A stretch of 64,000 bases of DNA from positions 371,393 to 435,392 of the forward strand of contig VRVR01000001.1 in NCBI GenBank assembly GCA_009859145.1, read 5' to 3'. A program made the translations under genes and the position numbers. Each line of letters opens with the position of its first letter. Within the stretch, counting starts at the first letter, position 1. This document shows positions 10,540 through 24,100 of this stretch, in pieces. The notes beneath the pieces were generated by a model, which saw nothing but the letters and a program-made list of their open reading frames with translations, was not told the DNA's origin and searched no databases. This DNA comes from Andalucia godoyi And28 (Eukaryota; Protista; Jakobida).

Positions 10540-12543
10540 ATGTCTTGGAAGGGATTTTTTTCCAAAGTCCAAGAGACAGTGAATGCTGCACAGCCAAAGC
10601 TTGCCAGCATCCTTCAGAAAGGAGTCCAGCTTTTGTCGTCAGACCCTCCCGAGAAACAAGCCTCGATGGAGTGGAACCACGTCATCGACTACTTTGGACA
10701 TTTGGAACAACGTGACAGGAAGTCGCAACTGAAGGAACCACTTCGATCGGAAGTGTTTGACAGACTGGACAGAATGATTGCACTGTTGATCCAAGAGTCG
10801 CAGGATCCAGCCAGTGAACGTCGAGTATTTGCATTTTTCAAAGAGAATAATGTAGTGACCACTGTCTGTCGATTGTGTCAACAAGATATCCCGATCGGTT
10901 GTTCTTCAAGACTTTTGCAATCGTTGTCCAGACTTATTCAAGATGTGCCTTTCGAATTTCTGTCCGTTGCGAGCAATTTGAGGCCGATTTCGGACTGTCT
11001 CTCGAACATCGTCTTCAACGCGCCGTTTCGGGATCAGTACTCATCCGAGCTGGCGACGTTGCTTCTCAAGCTGTCCACGCGCTTACAGCGAGATGAACGA
11101 TTGCTGGGTCTTTTCATGCCCGATGAAAACACATTTCCTATCATGTCATGTGTTTTGGAGATGTTTACCAGTGCGCCTTCTGGCAAGGTGGGAGAAAAGA
11201 TCAAGAATGCGATCATCGCACTGTGTTGCATATCGGACAGTACTTTCGGGGCCTTTGCAATCGGCGGTTTGCATCCAAATGTTGCGGATGTTGTTCTTCA
11301 CCATCTCATGAGTCTGTATGCAGATCTGGATCGTCGCAACTTTCACATTTACGACACCAAAAACGAAACTGCGACGAAGGAATTCTTCCGACATCTTTCC
11401 TTTGTGGATCGCTTGTTACAAGTTTCAAACAAGCATATCCAAGAGTACATTCAATCTCGATTAGAAGTGGAAGTTGGATCATCTTTTTTGCGCGCCGAAG
11501 TGTTCTTCTCGGATGAATCCGCCCAGGCTGGTACCACTGAACATGCGCTTGTTTTCTTGCGAGAAATTGTTCTTTCTATTGAGTCAAACGGATTTCTGCG
11601 TGCCATTGTTAGTGCCATTTTTGTTAATCATCCTTCTCGATCCGAAGCTTTACTTTCCAGACTGTTTTCCGAAGATGAGCATATTGTCCTTGGCGTCCTT
11701 GACTTTTTATCGGCCTTATTGTCTCGAAACCATTGGGAAACGTTGTGGATCCTTGTTGGACAGTATTTTCAGTCTGCCTCATTCTTGAATGAAGGAACAT
11801 CTTCGGTGTCCGTTGAATTGTTTTCTCAGAAAGATAGGGAAGCGATATTTGCATTGTTTCCTGCAATCGATGGCGTTCCGTCGGAGAACTCCGTCTATGC
11901 TGAGGATGCGAAATCCAAAATCATGTCCAATCTCATGTCATTGCACTTGATGAGTTTCCAGTTACAAGATCCTGCACTTGCAAGTGTCTTCCGGTTTCCT
12001 GAAAAGGAGATTGTTTTGAGGAACAACTCAGGGGTTCCGGATGTCAGAAATTGCTTACTATTGAGCTCCTTGTTACGGAAATTTTCTCAGTTTTTGTCCA
12101 ACTCTTCTGTTGTGAATATCCAGTTGACAGGGTTATTGTCCAGCCTGTGTGTCATCCCGTGCCCGCTGCTGCTATGTTTTCTCTTCTGCCCGTCGTTGGA
12201 TGTCAGTCCCGATTGTCCTTCACTGTGTAAGTCGTTGAGGTTTCTTAGCCGTCAGATACTATCCGACTTGCAATATCCGTCTATTTCTGAGCGGCTTCCG
12301 AATGTTCTGGCCCATTTGGGAATTTCTGATGCTCCTGCGGAGCAGTCGTCGGAGTTGGAAAAGGACTCCAACTTTGATGTTTCGGTGGCCATCCTTCTCG
12401 AGTTCAAGAGAGAGTTTACGGGAACGTTGGAAGCTTGGGCTGGATCATCATCTTGGCTGGACAGTGAGGCAAAATCGGTGCAAGAAGAACTCGAAACAGC
12501 AAGGCATTTACATTTTGAGAATGAACCCACAGAGCGAGAGTAA
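10540..12543 (+). CDS. FHIP/FAM160 (FTS-Hook interacting / RAI16-like) family protein
   Basis: N-terminal W..VIDYF, RLDRMIALLIQE, VFAFFKENNVVTTVC. C-terminal VNIQLTGLLSSLCVIPCPLLLCFL matches FAM160 NL.LTG.IS.LA.YP.PLL..FL. Likely start is ATG 10540. Confidence 0.8.
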   Translation: MSWKGFFSKVQETVNAAQPKLASILQKGVQLLSSDPPEKQASMEWNHVIDYFGHLEQRDRKSQLKEPLRSEVFDRLDRMIALLIQESQDPASERRVFAFFKENNVVTTVCRLCQQDIPIGCSSRLLQSLSRLIQDVPFEFLSVASNLRPISDCLSNIVFNAPFRDQYSSELATLLLKLSTRLQRDERLLGLFMPDENTFPIMSCVLEMFTSAPSGKVGEKIKNAIIALCCISDSTFGAFAIGGLHPNVADVVLHHLMSLYADLDRRNFHIYDTKNETATKEFFRHLSFVDRLLQVSNKHIQEYIQSRLEVEVGSSFLRAEVFFSDESAQAGTTEHALVFLREIVLSIESNGFLRAIVSAIFVNHPSRSEALLSRLFSEDEHIVLGVLDFLSALLSRNHWETLWILVGQYFQSASFLNEGTSSVSVELFSQKDREAIFALFPAIDGVPSENSVYAEDAKSKIMSNLMSLHLMSFQLQDPALASVFRFPEKEIVLRNNSGVPDVRNCLLLSSLLRKFSQFLSNSSVVNIQLTGLLSSLCVIPCPLLLCFLFCPSLDVSPDCPSLCKSLRFLSRQILSDLQYPSISERLPNVLAHLGISDAPAEQSSELEKDSNFDVSVAILLEFKREFTGTLEAWAGSSSWLDSEAKSVQEELETARHLHFENEPTERE

Positions 12544-12559
12544 ATCAGTTTTATCTTTA

Positions 12560-14416
12560 TCACTCATTTCGCAGTTGGCGATTCTCGAGATAGTCCACAA
12601 GGGCTCGATGTCCATATCGTTCCGCCTCATCCTTGCACGAAATTCCTGGGCCGTACGTAGCGAGCAATGATTCAGGCGAAATGTTCACCAAATATTCCAC
12701 AACCTCCCGTTGATTTGCAGCACATGCAAAATGAATGGGATATCTTCCGTCATAGTTGCTAACAAAAACATCTGCACCGAATTGGACGAGACGACAGATG
12801 AAGGATAAATCGCCAGTGTATGCAGCGCGGCACACAAAAGACGGAAATTCTGCAAGCGACTCGTCAAAAGAATCTTTCAAAGTAGCACCTGCTTGTACTA
12901 GCAAGCTGCAAACATCATCATGGCCGGCGAACAGCGCATCTCGCAGAGCCGTGTGCCCAAACCTGTCTTTTGCGTGAACAAACGCACCTTTCAGCAAAAG
13001 ATATTCCACCACGTCTTTGAAACCACCGCTGGCTGCGACGTGAAGTGGAGATCGAGCATCATAGTCTGTCAAATTAACAATCAACGGATTGTCTGAAGTT
13101 TCAACATACCGCTTGATCATGGACAAGTTTCCGGACCCCGCAGCAGCACACAGGAGCGATGGATACAAAGCGTCAGCAATCTTCTTGCGGTCTGCAAAAT
13201 CGGTCTCCAAGGCTCGCGCAACAGCGCTGACGAATGTTTCGTCCAAAAACGAAAATCGCTGCTTCGGTGCAATGAACGTCAACTCACCGCGCATATTCTT
13301 TTTCAACAACTCTCGAACTTCTCGCACATCAAGTCCTTTGCCAAGCAAGTACGACAACTTTCCCAAAGCACACTCAGCAGTCATATCTGAACCGCAAACA
13401 ACACCGACTTCTGTCAGCCCTCTTCCGGCGGCATATATATCCGAGACAATTCCCTTTGCGCATTGTGTGACATTCACGATGACAACACCTCTGTTGCATG
13501 CATTTCTCAACACACCCAACAAATCAGCGCGTTCAGGTGCATTTCCAGCTCCAAACGTTTCAAGCACCACTCCTTCCATGGGTGGTTGAAGAAACGCGGC
13601 CAACGTCGTCGCTGTGATTCCTGGAAACAGACGGATGGCTCCCACATTACGGCACAGCGTCGTGTGGACAGCAAACCGCGCAATTGAGTAAGGTACGAAG
13701 ACGGCATCCCACGCAACATTGATTCCAATTCCAGCAGTCGCAATGGGAGCAAAATTTGGAGAATCAAAAGCGTTGTAGCCAATTGCGTCCATTTTAGAGG
13801 TTCTGTTTCCACGAAAAGCGCAATTGTTAAAAAAAAGCAGAACTTCAGGGATGACAAAATGACCTGCAATTGTCAAAGACCCCAGCAAGTTCTCTCTAGC
13901 GTCATTTCTGATTTCCGAAACCGGCACTTGCGAGCCGGTAATGACAACCGTCTTTCCCAAGTTTTCGAGAACGAACGACAACGCCGATGCAGTGTACGAC
14001 ATCGTGTCAGTCCCATGGAGAACGACAAATGCATCATAGGAATGATAGTGCTTTCCAATATCGGATGCAATTCGCAGCCAGTCATCCATGTCCATGTTCG
14101 AGGAGTCTAACAACGGACAATACTCAATAATGTTCCAGCACACACGCTTCTCGTATAATGACATTGGCATCACATGGCCAGAAGAATGATCTGCCCACTC
14201 GGGGTCATGAAACTGATACATGGACTCCAATTTGTGCTCGAGATAATCAGGCTCAGGTGCGTACCCGCGGGGCGTGTTCTTCATTCCAATCGTGCCGCCC
14301 GTGTAAATGATCAACACACGGGTAACCTCGTTGTGGTGCACATACTGTGCTTGCTCAGAAGCAGAAATATGAGCAGCCGTTAAGGACTCCGGCACTCGGT
14401 ACTTGTCATGAGACAT
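12560..14416 (-). CDS. ASPG: L-asparaginase type I / 60-kDa lysophospholipase with C-terminal ankyrin repeats
   Basis: VLIIYTGGTIGM, LLDSSNM, VVLHGTDTMSYTASALSF, ITGSQVP, ETFGAGNAP, and ankyrin repeats DYDARSPLHVAASGG and DRFGHTALRDA. Confidence 0.93.
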   Translation of the reverse strand: MSHDKYRVPESLTAAHISASEQAQYVHHNEVTRVLIIYTGGTIGMKNTPRGYAPEPDYLEHKLESMYQFHDPEWADHSSGHVMPMSLYEKRVCWNIIEYCPLLDSSNMDMDDWLRIASDIGKHYHSYDAFVVLHGTDTMSYTASALSFVLENLGKTVVITGSQVPVSEIRNDARENLLGSLTIAGHFVIPEVLLFFNNCAFRGNRTSKMDAIGYNAFDSPNFAPIATAGIGINVAWDAVFVPYSIARFAVHTTLCRNVGAIRLFPGITATTLAAFLQPPMEGVVLETFGAGNAPERADLLGVLRNACNRGVVIVNVTQCAKGIVSDIYAAGRGLTEVGVVCGSDMTAECALGKLSYLLGKGLDVREVRELLKKNMRGELTFIAPKQRFSFLDETFVSAVARALETDFADRKKIADALYPSLLCAAAGSGNLSMIKRYVETSDNPLIVNLTDYDARSPLHVAASGGFKDVVEYLLLKGAFVHAKDRFGHTALRDALFAGHDDVCSLLVQAGATLKDSFDESLAEFPSFVCRAAYTGDLSFICRLVQFGADVFVSNYDGRYPIHFACAANQREVVEYLVNISPESLLATYGPGISCKDEAERYGHRALVDYLENRQLRNE

Positions 14417-15039
14417 CTCGCGCGATGAAAGAATCAGATAAAGACTTCCGAAGAAGAAAAGAGAAAAACAAAAACAAAAACACGGAGAAACCGGGGAGCA
14501 TCAGTGAAAAATGGAAGAGCAGATTTCTTCCTGCCTGGGCCTCAGAGATCCCCCCGACAGATCACCACCCACCCAACCAGCAGATTATCTTCCTCTCGAG
14601 ATGCCGTTCGACCCAAAGAAGGAAACAGACATTTGCTCTGACCCGCTCTGACATCACCACTGACAGCTTGACGCTTTCCTGGCGTTCGCTCTTTCCTCAT
14701 CCTCATGCTTTCCGTTTCCCCTCTTCTCGTTTTTTTGTTCCTTCTTTTCCTTTCCTCCTTTTCTCTTTCCCTTCTTAATTTGACAATGTTCATCCCTGCG
14801 TGTTACTGGTTTCCGATTTTCAGTTCGTCGATCAGCGTCATACCAGGGAGAGATGGATCGCAAAATTGAAGCAAGAGCGAGACTCTTCATGTCTCATCTT
14901 TCAACTCCGTTGCGATAGATACTTTTGGATCACCAACACTCTTTCCGTTCAAGGCTCACTTTACAGACCAAAGAAGAAACACAACAAACAAACTACGCAA
15001 GAATGCAAACGAATCGTCCATAGATGAGCGGCGTGCTGG

Positions 15040-15088
15040 AAAAACAAACAAAACAAAACAAAACAAAACAAAACAAAACAAAACAAAC
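15040..15088. repeat. (AAAAC)n microsatellite
   Basis: About 9 tandem units read directly, downstream of the dynein stop. Confidence 0.9.
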
Positions 15089-15168
15089 CAGACAAGAACA
15101 GCATATTTTTACTATGACAACAACGCATTCCACAAGAACAACACCCAGACATCAATCCCATGAATGCG

Positions 15169-18100
15169 TTAATCATCCAACTGAAGCAGAAGAGCAACAC
15201 CGCGTCGAACCCAGTGATCCTCAGGCTTATCTGATGGGACTCGGATTGCAATGACAAAATTGGTACTATGCCCGGTCGTGGATAGCACACCGCGCCGAGC
15301 GCTTTCCTTGTACACCGGACACCTGTAATGCGGCCGCTTCGGAATCTTCGCGGATTCAGCCGGTTTCAGCCAAATAATTGGACACTCCGAGAACAACACT
15401 TTGGGCTGCGATTCATCCAGAACGTGTGTTTCAGAATTCCAGCGCGCACACTCAAAGAACATACCACGGATGTATGCTCCATCCGTAGGCTTCGAAGTCG
15501 GAACGGGACCGTCAATGAACTCAAAGTCGAACTCCAAAATGTCGACAGGAATGGTGTACTTTCTCGCAAAGTTTTGTAGAATGCCAGTCAAACAGGCCTG
15601 TGTAAAGAAGAAACCAGAAACCCATAAGATTGTCGGAGGCCCAGAATTGAACCACGATTGCAGCATCTCTAATCGCATCAGAAGGTCTGCCACATACCCG
15701 GCCAGCGGTTTCCTCGACGGATACGACTTTGATGCCCAGGCCGAGGGAACCTGTCCATTGTACAACGAGATACCGACCTTTTCTAAATCCGAACTCATAA
15801 CGACAAGACCTTTGATCGCTTTCCGAATCTGATTGAGGGTGGAGCGAATGACAGTGGTCAATTTGTTGAAGCGAATCAGCTCCTGACAGAACACCGTGTT
15901 CATGGATTCGTTGTAAGAAACGGGGAATTTCTGCTGCGCAAGTTCACCGTCAAAAGGAGCAGGGAGTTTGGCAAGAATCGAGGTGGCAACTTCGTCGACC
16001 ACTCGGTCTTGTTCTGAAGATCCCCCGCCTTTTCGCGCACCTGACTGAGCTGTCAAAACAGAAGCGAACAAGGCAGATGTGTCGTTGATATTCTTTGTAA
16101 TGTCCGCATTTTCATGCATACCAAAGACCTCCGGAAGAGCAATTGCCGGCAAACTTTCGATTGGCAGAATCGCTGCATCCCTAGATGACGTAGAAGACGC
16201 AGGATCCCAAGCAGGAACCACGTACGTACCAGATTCAGAAAAGCGATACTTCGGATCACTGATGATCTTGGGAGTGTACACCATCCGAAGAATGCTCATC
16301 ATGCAGCGACGATCCCAATCATCGGTTACTCGGCCGCCGTAATTGCACTCGCCTGTAAGATACAGCAGAGCAGCGAATGGCACTTCGTGGTTTCCTTGGG
16401 TCAGCGATTCATTGAGGAACATATGCAATTGACGCACGGAAATGCGGAGGTCCGTTTCATTGAACTCATATGGAATGTTGAATCCAATGGCTCCGAATTT
16501 TCTTCGTTCCTGAACGATTGCGTGGAAGAAGCAGAGCCCAAATGCCAGCCGATGCCACTCCATTTCCCGTTGACAAGACTCATAGAAATTCGGGTCGTTG
16601 ATCGGATCCGAATTATAAGAACGCAACAAATTGGCACGAAGACCTTTGGGCGGTTCGTTTGTCATTTTCACTCCATCTTGAAGAACGGACAACGGGAATT
16701 TGTCGCTGGGATACGAAGTCAACCACAACCGGAAATTCTGATGCGTTGTGTCCGGCGAAATGGCCTCGCAAATTCTTTCGAGCGTGGACATCCAAGAAGT
16801 TGCTAGATGACAATTCTGCAAGACAACCCAGCCACCAATCCTCATTGCATTCTGAATCAACCGTTCTGCAATAGGCCCTTGTCCTTGTCCCAGTGAGATG
16901 GATTCCAGCTTGTCGCTCATGCGCATTGAATCGGCAAATTTGAGCAGTTCATTCATGGGATCGGAACCCGGTGACAACACAAAAATAAGCGGAGATCGCA
17001 CCGTGGAGTCCGCAAATGTCGAAGGCAAGTCAAAACCGGGCGGAGAAACAAACTGTGCGCCAGTTTTCCCGCTGACAAAACTAAAGACAGCCGGAACAAC
17101 CTTGTCTGGACGCAAGCACCGAACAATCAACAACAGCTGGAATGGAGAAATCCTCTGCGACCATCCGTCCGGCAACGGATGTTCGTGGGGCAGTGCCAAA
17201 TCATACCATTCTTGCCATGAACTGACGTTTCTTTCGACGGATGTCGCAAAATCCGAAAAAGGCTGCGGAGCCTGGTCCGTCAACCGACAGATTTCGTCCC
17301 AGGACCTCTGAGAAAGCCACGCAGGAGCAGGATTGGCTCGAGTGTTTTCACCCAAAGAGACACCTCCAGTGAGAAGGAATCGAAGTTCAAAGGCATTCAG
17401 ATCCTTTGATTCCCTGTCCATTATTGCAATGGTGAGCAAGAACGAGAACAAAAGTTTGTCCTTTTCAAACAGGGATCTGCAGACATTGCAGTACAGAGAA
17501 TAGGTAAAGTGCGCATTCAGATTAGCGAGGCGTACATCCAAATCCGACGATCTTTCCGCATTTGCTATTGACTGCAAGAACAAATTCTGATACCATGTCA
17601 GCGAATACTGGTACATCGGATCGATGTTCGACAAAGATGCTATGCAGAAGAACAGCAGTGAAGACCGCAGTGCAACTGGCTGATACCTGATACGCGCAGC
17701 ATCGATTTTAGCCTCAGTCTGTTCTGCAATTTGCTGCTTCTTTTCGATCTTGATGGACAATTCCTTTGACGCGGACAGAACCTCAATTCCGGAAGAATCC
17801 TCCAATATATTTGATGCAGTCGACAAAACCTCAAGAATCTTATCCTCAATTTCTTTCAGCTGTTTCTTATTCGCAGCAGATTGTATGATAAGATCGTTCT
17901 TTTCATCTTCCAAATCAGGTCTTTCCTGGGCCACAACGGTTCCCAGCAGCTGATCTTCGAGACCTTCAGGAGTGATCATGAAGTTGATAAGCGTGACCTT
18001 TGTTGACAATTCTGGTAGATAATGGGGATTTCGCAGTTTGGTTGTGATGTATAATCTGAAATCTGCAGAAAACTCGACCGTAGCATCGCCCAAACGAATG

Positions 18101-21100
18101 CAGGGTACGCCTCCCTGTTTGAACGTTTGTTTCAGCAACAGAGGTTCCAAAGATGGATCCAATTCCTCCCCGACATTTTCCAGTAAAACCGGAGTGCCAA
18201 ACCGGACAGCATTCTCCAATGTCCGAAGGAAGTTAGAATCTGAGAGCCGAATCGTAATCATCTTGCTGGATCTTTCCATGTTCCGAATCCACTTGTTTGC
18301 TTGCCCCTCAGGGTCAATGAGCAGCGGCCAGCGGCGAGCGGTGGAAGTAATGATACCATTGTCAGTAGAAAACGAGTCTTTCGGAAGACCATCAATGTAC
18401 CACGCTCGCATTTTAACTTGGTCGCCAAGAACCTCCGCAAGCGAAAATGCCTCGGATCTCGGAATCTCAAGCGACTGTGCAAGCGCAATCCATTGACTGA
18501 CACAATCAGAGCGATACGGCACGGTAAATGCACCAAGGTAAGCAATCACACCAGCAGCAATCAAAATATCACCCGTCAAGTTGCGGATACGGCGATCCAG
18601 TTCCCGAGCAGACTGTGACCAGCGATCGCGCTCTCCGCCCAGTCCTCCGATGAGCTTCTGTGCTCGGTCCAGCTTCACCGTACAATCATCAACTTCCTTT
18701 TCGAGCTGCACCTTCTTTCCTTGCGTTTCCTCCAGCTGCGTCTGCAATTTTGCCATCTTTTCTTCCACAGCTCGCAGTTCAGCTCTTTTTGCATTCAGCG
18801 CCTCCATCACTGATGAATACTCCGCCTCCGCCTCTCCCAGCGCAGCTTGTTTCGGCTTCACGATTTTCATGACATCCGAATACTGAACAACCGCTCGAAC
18901 CCACTTACACAAGCCTTCGGCAGCAGACGATGCATTTCGAACCTTATCGGGATCGAACTCCGGATTGTCGAGAAACTCCTTCTTGATCTTCATTTCAATT
19001 GCTGGATTCACATTGTCCTTGTCATATACTTTCAGCGACTGCAGGAAGCCAGTGTCACCCAGAAGCTTCATAGAAGGACCCCAGTAGTCTTCTACTTTCT
19101 TCCCCGTGGCTGCATCATTCTTCTTTTCCGGTTTGATGTCCTTCATGATGCACACAGCCGACATGACAACTTTGACACCAGGAGGGGGATTTTTCATGGA
19201 CTTCACAAGAGAAATGTCATTCGAAGTCAGCGTGTCCAGGGCCGCGAGAGCACCCTTCATGATGGGAATTGCTTTTGAAAGATCAGCCTCACAGTCTTCC
19301 TTGATAGCTTTCGCAGCCATCGCCTTCTCATTTGCAGCAGCCTCGTCACGCATTACGATATCCTTCGTCTTATTGACTTCGACAGCTTCCCGATCAATCT
19401 TCTTCATCAGTTCTTCGGTCTCTGCACCAGCCTTGATTAGTTTTGGTTTCAATGCTTCAAGTTCTTGTTGCATCTTCTTGACCTGTTTCGAAGTCGAGTT
19501 CAGCTTGTCCAGACCATTCTCATACCGATCCTTGACAGCTGTAATCTCAGAGCGTTTCTTGCCAAGCAGTTCCTTGTACGAAGTGATTAAACCAAGGTAG
19601 GACGTAGGTGTGACGTAATTGAACCGTCCGTCCTGAGTTCTGAATTTGTCAGAGAGATGAACAACACTCTGATGCATCTTCTTGCACATGTCAACAACCT
19701 TCTTCCGGTCCTGCTTGGGGACATCGGTCTCCTCCATAAACTTCATGGCTACTGCTTCCAGTGCGTCTTCTGGCCACCTGCGGAACCAGTCAATTGTGCA
19801 ACAGTTGACTAGCGAAGGGAACATGCGCAAGCGGTTTCTAAAAGCGTCCCCGACAGGAGACATGCAAAGAACAACATGCAAATTTCGTCGGCAGCGCTCC
19901 ACAAACACATTGAACAGGTACGTCGGCGATCCATCAATGGTTTTCCCTTCATTTTTGCACGCAGCTCGAGTACTTTCCACTATCACAGCCTTCTCATCCG
20001 AAGCAAACAGATTGGGGACTTCGCCGGTGTTCAGCAGATTGTTAATGTCCTCCAGAAAGGTTTCCTTCTTGATTTGAGAATCTGTAAATAAAAATACTGT
20101 TTGTTGACCCTGCGCACCTGCTCGAGTGAGCAACTTCTTCAAGTCCTCCCGCCATTCCAGATTTCCGTACGTGGACGTGATTTCGACTTGTACAACCTCA
20201 AAATCTGAAATATGCGCAGCAAGGCGAGTTAGGGACTGCCGACCGGAGCCACCAACTCCTACAAGCAACGCATGCCCTCCTGGCTGGCGCAAGATACGGC
20301 AAATTCTTGAGACATGCTCGATGGCAAAGGGGAACAGCACCAAGTTCATGGGTTTCTTGGAAATCTGGTTGAAATCTTCAAGATATCCTTCCATTACCCT
20401 GAACAACCGTTTCACATCATTCACCTCTCTGTACGTTCGACGGTCTCCCGCATTTGGATCCAAATAGTCACCAAATAACAACTGTCGGAGAGTATCAGCA
20501 TCCGTGCTGGAGACGTTTTCACCTCCAGTCTGCAGCTTGCGCTTCTCTAGTAGATCTGCGAATACGGCATCCATATCATCCCTGAAGAAATTGGTCAAAC
20601 AGCCTTTCAAATGAGAGACAAGCCACTCAGAATCATCTTCCGCAACGAGACGGTCTCCGAAGACTCTAAGGACTTCATGGCACCACAACCGGACAACTCC
20701 GACCTTGTCTGTCACGTGGCGAGACGACGACAAAAGAATGCCCTGCACGACTCTTCCAAAATCTCGAAGATTGAACAAATAATGGCTTTTCGAAGGGGTA
20801 GGAAGCAACTGTGAAATCGATGTCTTGAACACATCCAATGTGGCAGCTACAATCGATTGAGTACACGAGGCTACCGAACCTTGGAACTGGCGCGTTCTGA
20901 AGAACCAGTTTAAGATTTCCGAAAAGATTCGGGACATCACCGCGTCATCAAATTCCGTGATGGACAAAAGATTGAAATGACGCATAAATCGTGGGGTGAC
21001 ATCGTTGCGACCTCCTCCTGGTGGTCCCATGGCACAGACAAACATTGTATCGATAACACTTCTGAAGGAGTTATCCGTCAAGTCGTACCATCCGCCGTGG

Positions 21101-24100
21101 TCAAGATACTGCCGCAGTAATTCGACCGGGGGTTGGGCGCCATAGACTTCTTTTGCAGGCATATTCACATCATCAACGAAAATCACGCTTCTCTTCCCCA
21201 AAGGAGGTCCAAAAATGCCTTTTCTTCTCTTGTCGAGTTTTCCATCGATGATATTTTGAACTTGGTTCGCGGATGTCTGTGCAGAGAAGTTCACAAACAT
21301 GGGTACAAACTGATTTTGATCCAGTTTGGACAACAGCACATCCTTGATGTACACGGACTTTCCGGTTCCGGTTGGACCACAGAACATGACAGGTTTCTGA
21401 TGTCTGATTAACAACTGCAGTAAAAACGAATACCTGGCCATGTCCACCGTCGGAACGAGGATTTCCGAGAACGAAGCATCACTCGGGATCTGAACTTCGG
21501 CAGGAAGGCGATCTGCCCATCGCACCCACTCCAGTTTTGCAGGATCAAATACATAATCAAACAAAGTTTCCTTCGCAGGAAGCTTCATTTGCAACATTCG
21601 AGGAAGCGATGTCGACAGGTTTCCATAGGGATCTGGAGTATCAGAGTTCAGAACTCGGCGCAAAAAGGCATCAAACTTCGGCCGTGAAGCAGTGTCGCAG
21701 CAGCCACCCAGAGACCAAACAAAAGCAAAGACGAACGAACTTTCCAAACGAGTAGTCAATTCGCGTTCGGGCATCTTCTCCACACGTTCATTCGATGACA
21801 AGTCGTCAACCAGAAGCGCCTCTACAATGTTTGTAAGCGAATTCACGAGATTGATATCCGCAGTCGGAGCGGGCTCATTGCACTCCTTTCTCAAGAAGGA
21901 CAGAGTTGGAGGAATCAGCCAAAGCGCCAGATTCTCCAGTACGTCAAGAATAATCTTGGTGCGCAGATGTTGCGCAAGTCTAACTTGCAGCCAGGAGCGG
22001 TAGAGAGGCTGCCACCCCATCGAGACCGGTTCCATATACACCATGCCGCATCTCGAAACTGTGGCAGGCGATGCTACGGCCAGATCCTGGACCTCGAAAA
22101 TCATGTTCATTGTTGAGGACATCTGCATGATTTCGCCGCTCATCAGGCACAGTTTTTTGTTGTCATCAAGCACAGTGTTCATGTTCTCAATCCAGACAGC
22201 ATCAACTGGACCATCGAACATAATCCACTTGCGATCGGGAGAAGGATCCGTTGCGCAGGCACGGAAAGTGTTCGCAAGTACACCATCGCTCCATTCATGG
22301 GAAATAGGATCAAATCTTCCGTACAGTTGGCCCATTGTAATGGATTTGGGGTTAATAACGTGAACTTGTGTATGCTGCTCTTTCAGCTTGCTACCGGAAT
22401 CGCAGAGGTCGCCTAGCGCACCAGCCAGGACTTTGTAGGCAGCAGTCTTTCCAGCAAATGAATATCCCACCAACATTAGACCGTGTCGAACGCAAATGAC
22501 GTCGTACAGTTGCATGATCTTCTCCAAAAAGGCAGGCACAGATTGCAAACCAAGCTTGGTGATGTTCGCGTTCACTGCATTCTTCAAGTCTTCATAGTCT
22601 GGCTCGGGAAGCTTGATGCCAGGAAACAAATCAGAAGTAATACCTCGGAACAACGGGATGTCGTGGCTCAAGAATTTTGGGAGATTGACATCGACAATGG
22701 ATCGCAGGATCAACACATCTTCATTTTCTTCTAGATACCGGCGTTTCAATTGACCTGCAGCGGTCAGAACAGCCTTCACAGCCCGCATACCATAGTCATA
22801 GTGATCTTGCGAAGAAAGCTGCTCGGAGCACAGCTTATAGACCGCGACGATTTTGTTCGCCAGCGGCCTTGCATTCAAGAATCCATAAGAATACAAAGAA
22901 ATCTCTCCAATCATTGCATAGTTGGGAACCATCATTGCAACAGGTCGGAACAAAGCCTTCAAGTTATCGGGTAATTCAGAGCGGCCTGCATAACCAGGGT
23001 TCATAGTGATGAACACCGAGCACGATCGATCCAGCGTCAACTGGCTGCCTTCGAACACAAAGTTCTTTGCATTTGCAGCACGCGCCCTCTGAATAGTCAA
23101 AATCTGTTGCGCAACAACCGAAAGCACCTCCAGATCAATTCGATTGAATTCGTCAAAACACGCCCAAGCACCAGCAGATGCCAGTCCTTTGAAAAACTTA
23201 CCCATGGCGATGTAATCCAGACCGTCCGAACAGTTAAAAACGACACATTGCTTGGCAATTGCCTTGGCAAGATCCTTTGTTGTTTCTGTTTTCCCAGTTC
23301 CCGCAGGTCCTTCCGGCGCGCCACCAAGATTTAGGTGAAGAGCGCCCATAAGCGTTCGATAGCAACGATCTGTTAAAGGAGTAATGACCAATCTGCCGGT
23401 GTTACCCAAGTATTCGTACCCGTAATCCAAACCAGCATTGATCATTCGCACTTTCACAACGCCGCCTTCCATGTAGTAGCGAAGCTGAGACTGCCATTCA
23501 AAATCAGAAACAGTACTAACACCCTTCTCTGCCATGTCAACAATAACATCCTTTGCATGAACGGAAATCACAACCAGGGCTCCAAGTGTTTCACGGTTTT
23601 GAGCAGAAAGCTCCCCTCGGACCAGTTCCAAAATCTTTGACAATCTCTTCTGCAACCTCTCAACATAGGCGTTCAAAGCTTTGGAACCCAATCCAGTTTC
23701 AAGAGCTTCTGTGGTTTCTGATGTCCAATAGATCTGGTCTGTGCATAACACTATCTGGCCTGGCCAGCGAAGAACCCACTCGTGGTGAGCAGACTTTGCA
23801 AAATCTTCTACTGAATCCACGGTGATCTTAGTTAATGACGACTTCATGACTTTCTCGACCTCAACCAGCCACTTCTCAACAGCCCCTTCTGCAAACGCTG
23901 GATTGATGGTGCGATCAAACTTAACCATCTCCTTTTCTGACGAGATCATTGCGGTAATATCCATGTTCTTCTGGAACTCAAGACGGTGAATGCCTTCAAA
24001 ACACTTTTTCAAGTGGGGCTGAATTCGCAAAGGGTCCTTTGTTTCCGAGAGAATCTCCAACAATTCGTCGTTTGACAAGAAAAAGAAACGAGGAAAGAAA

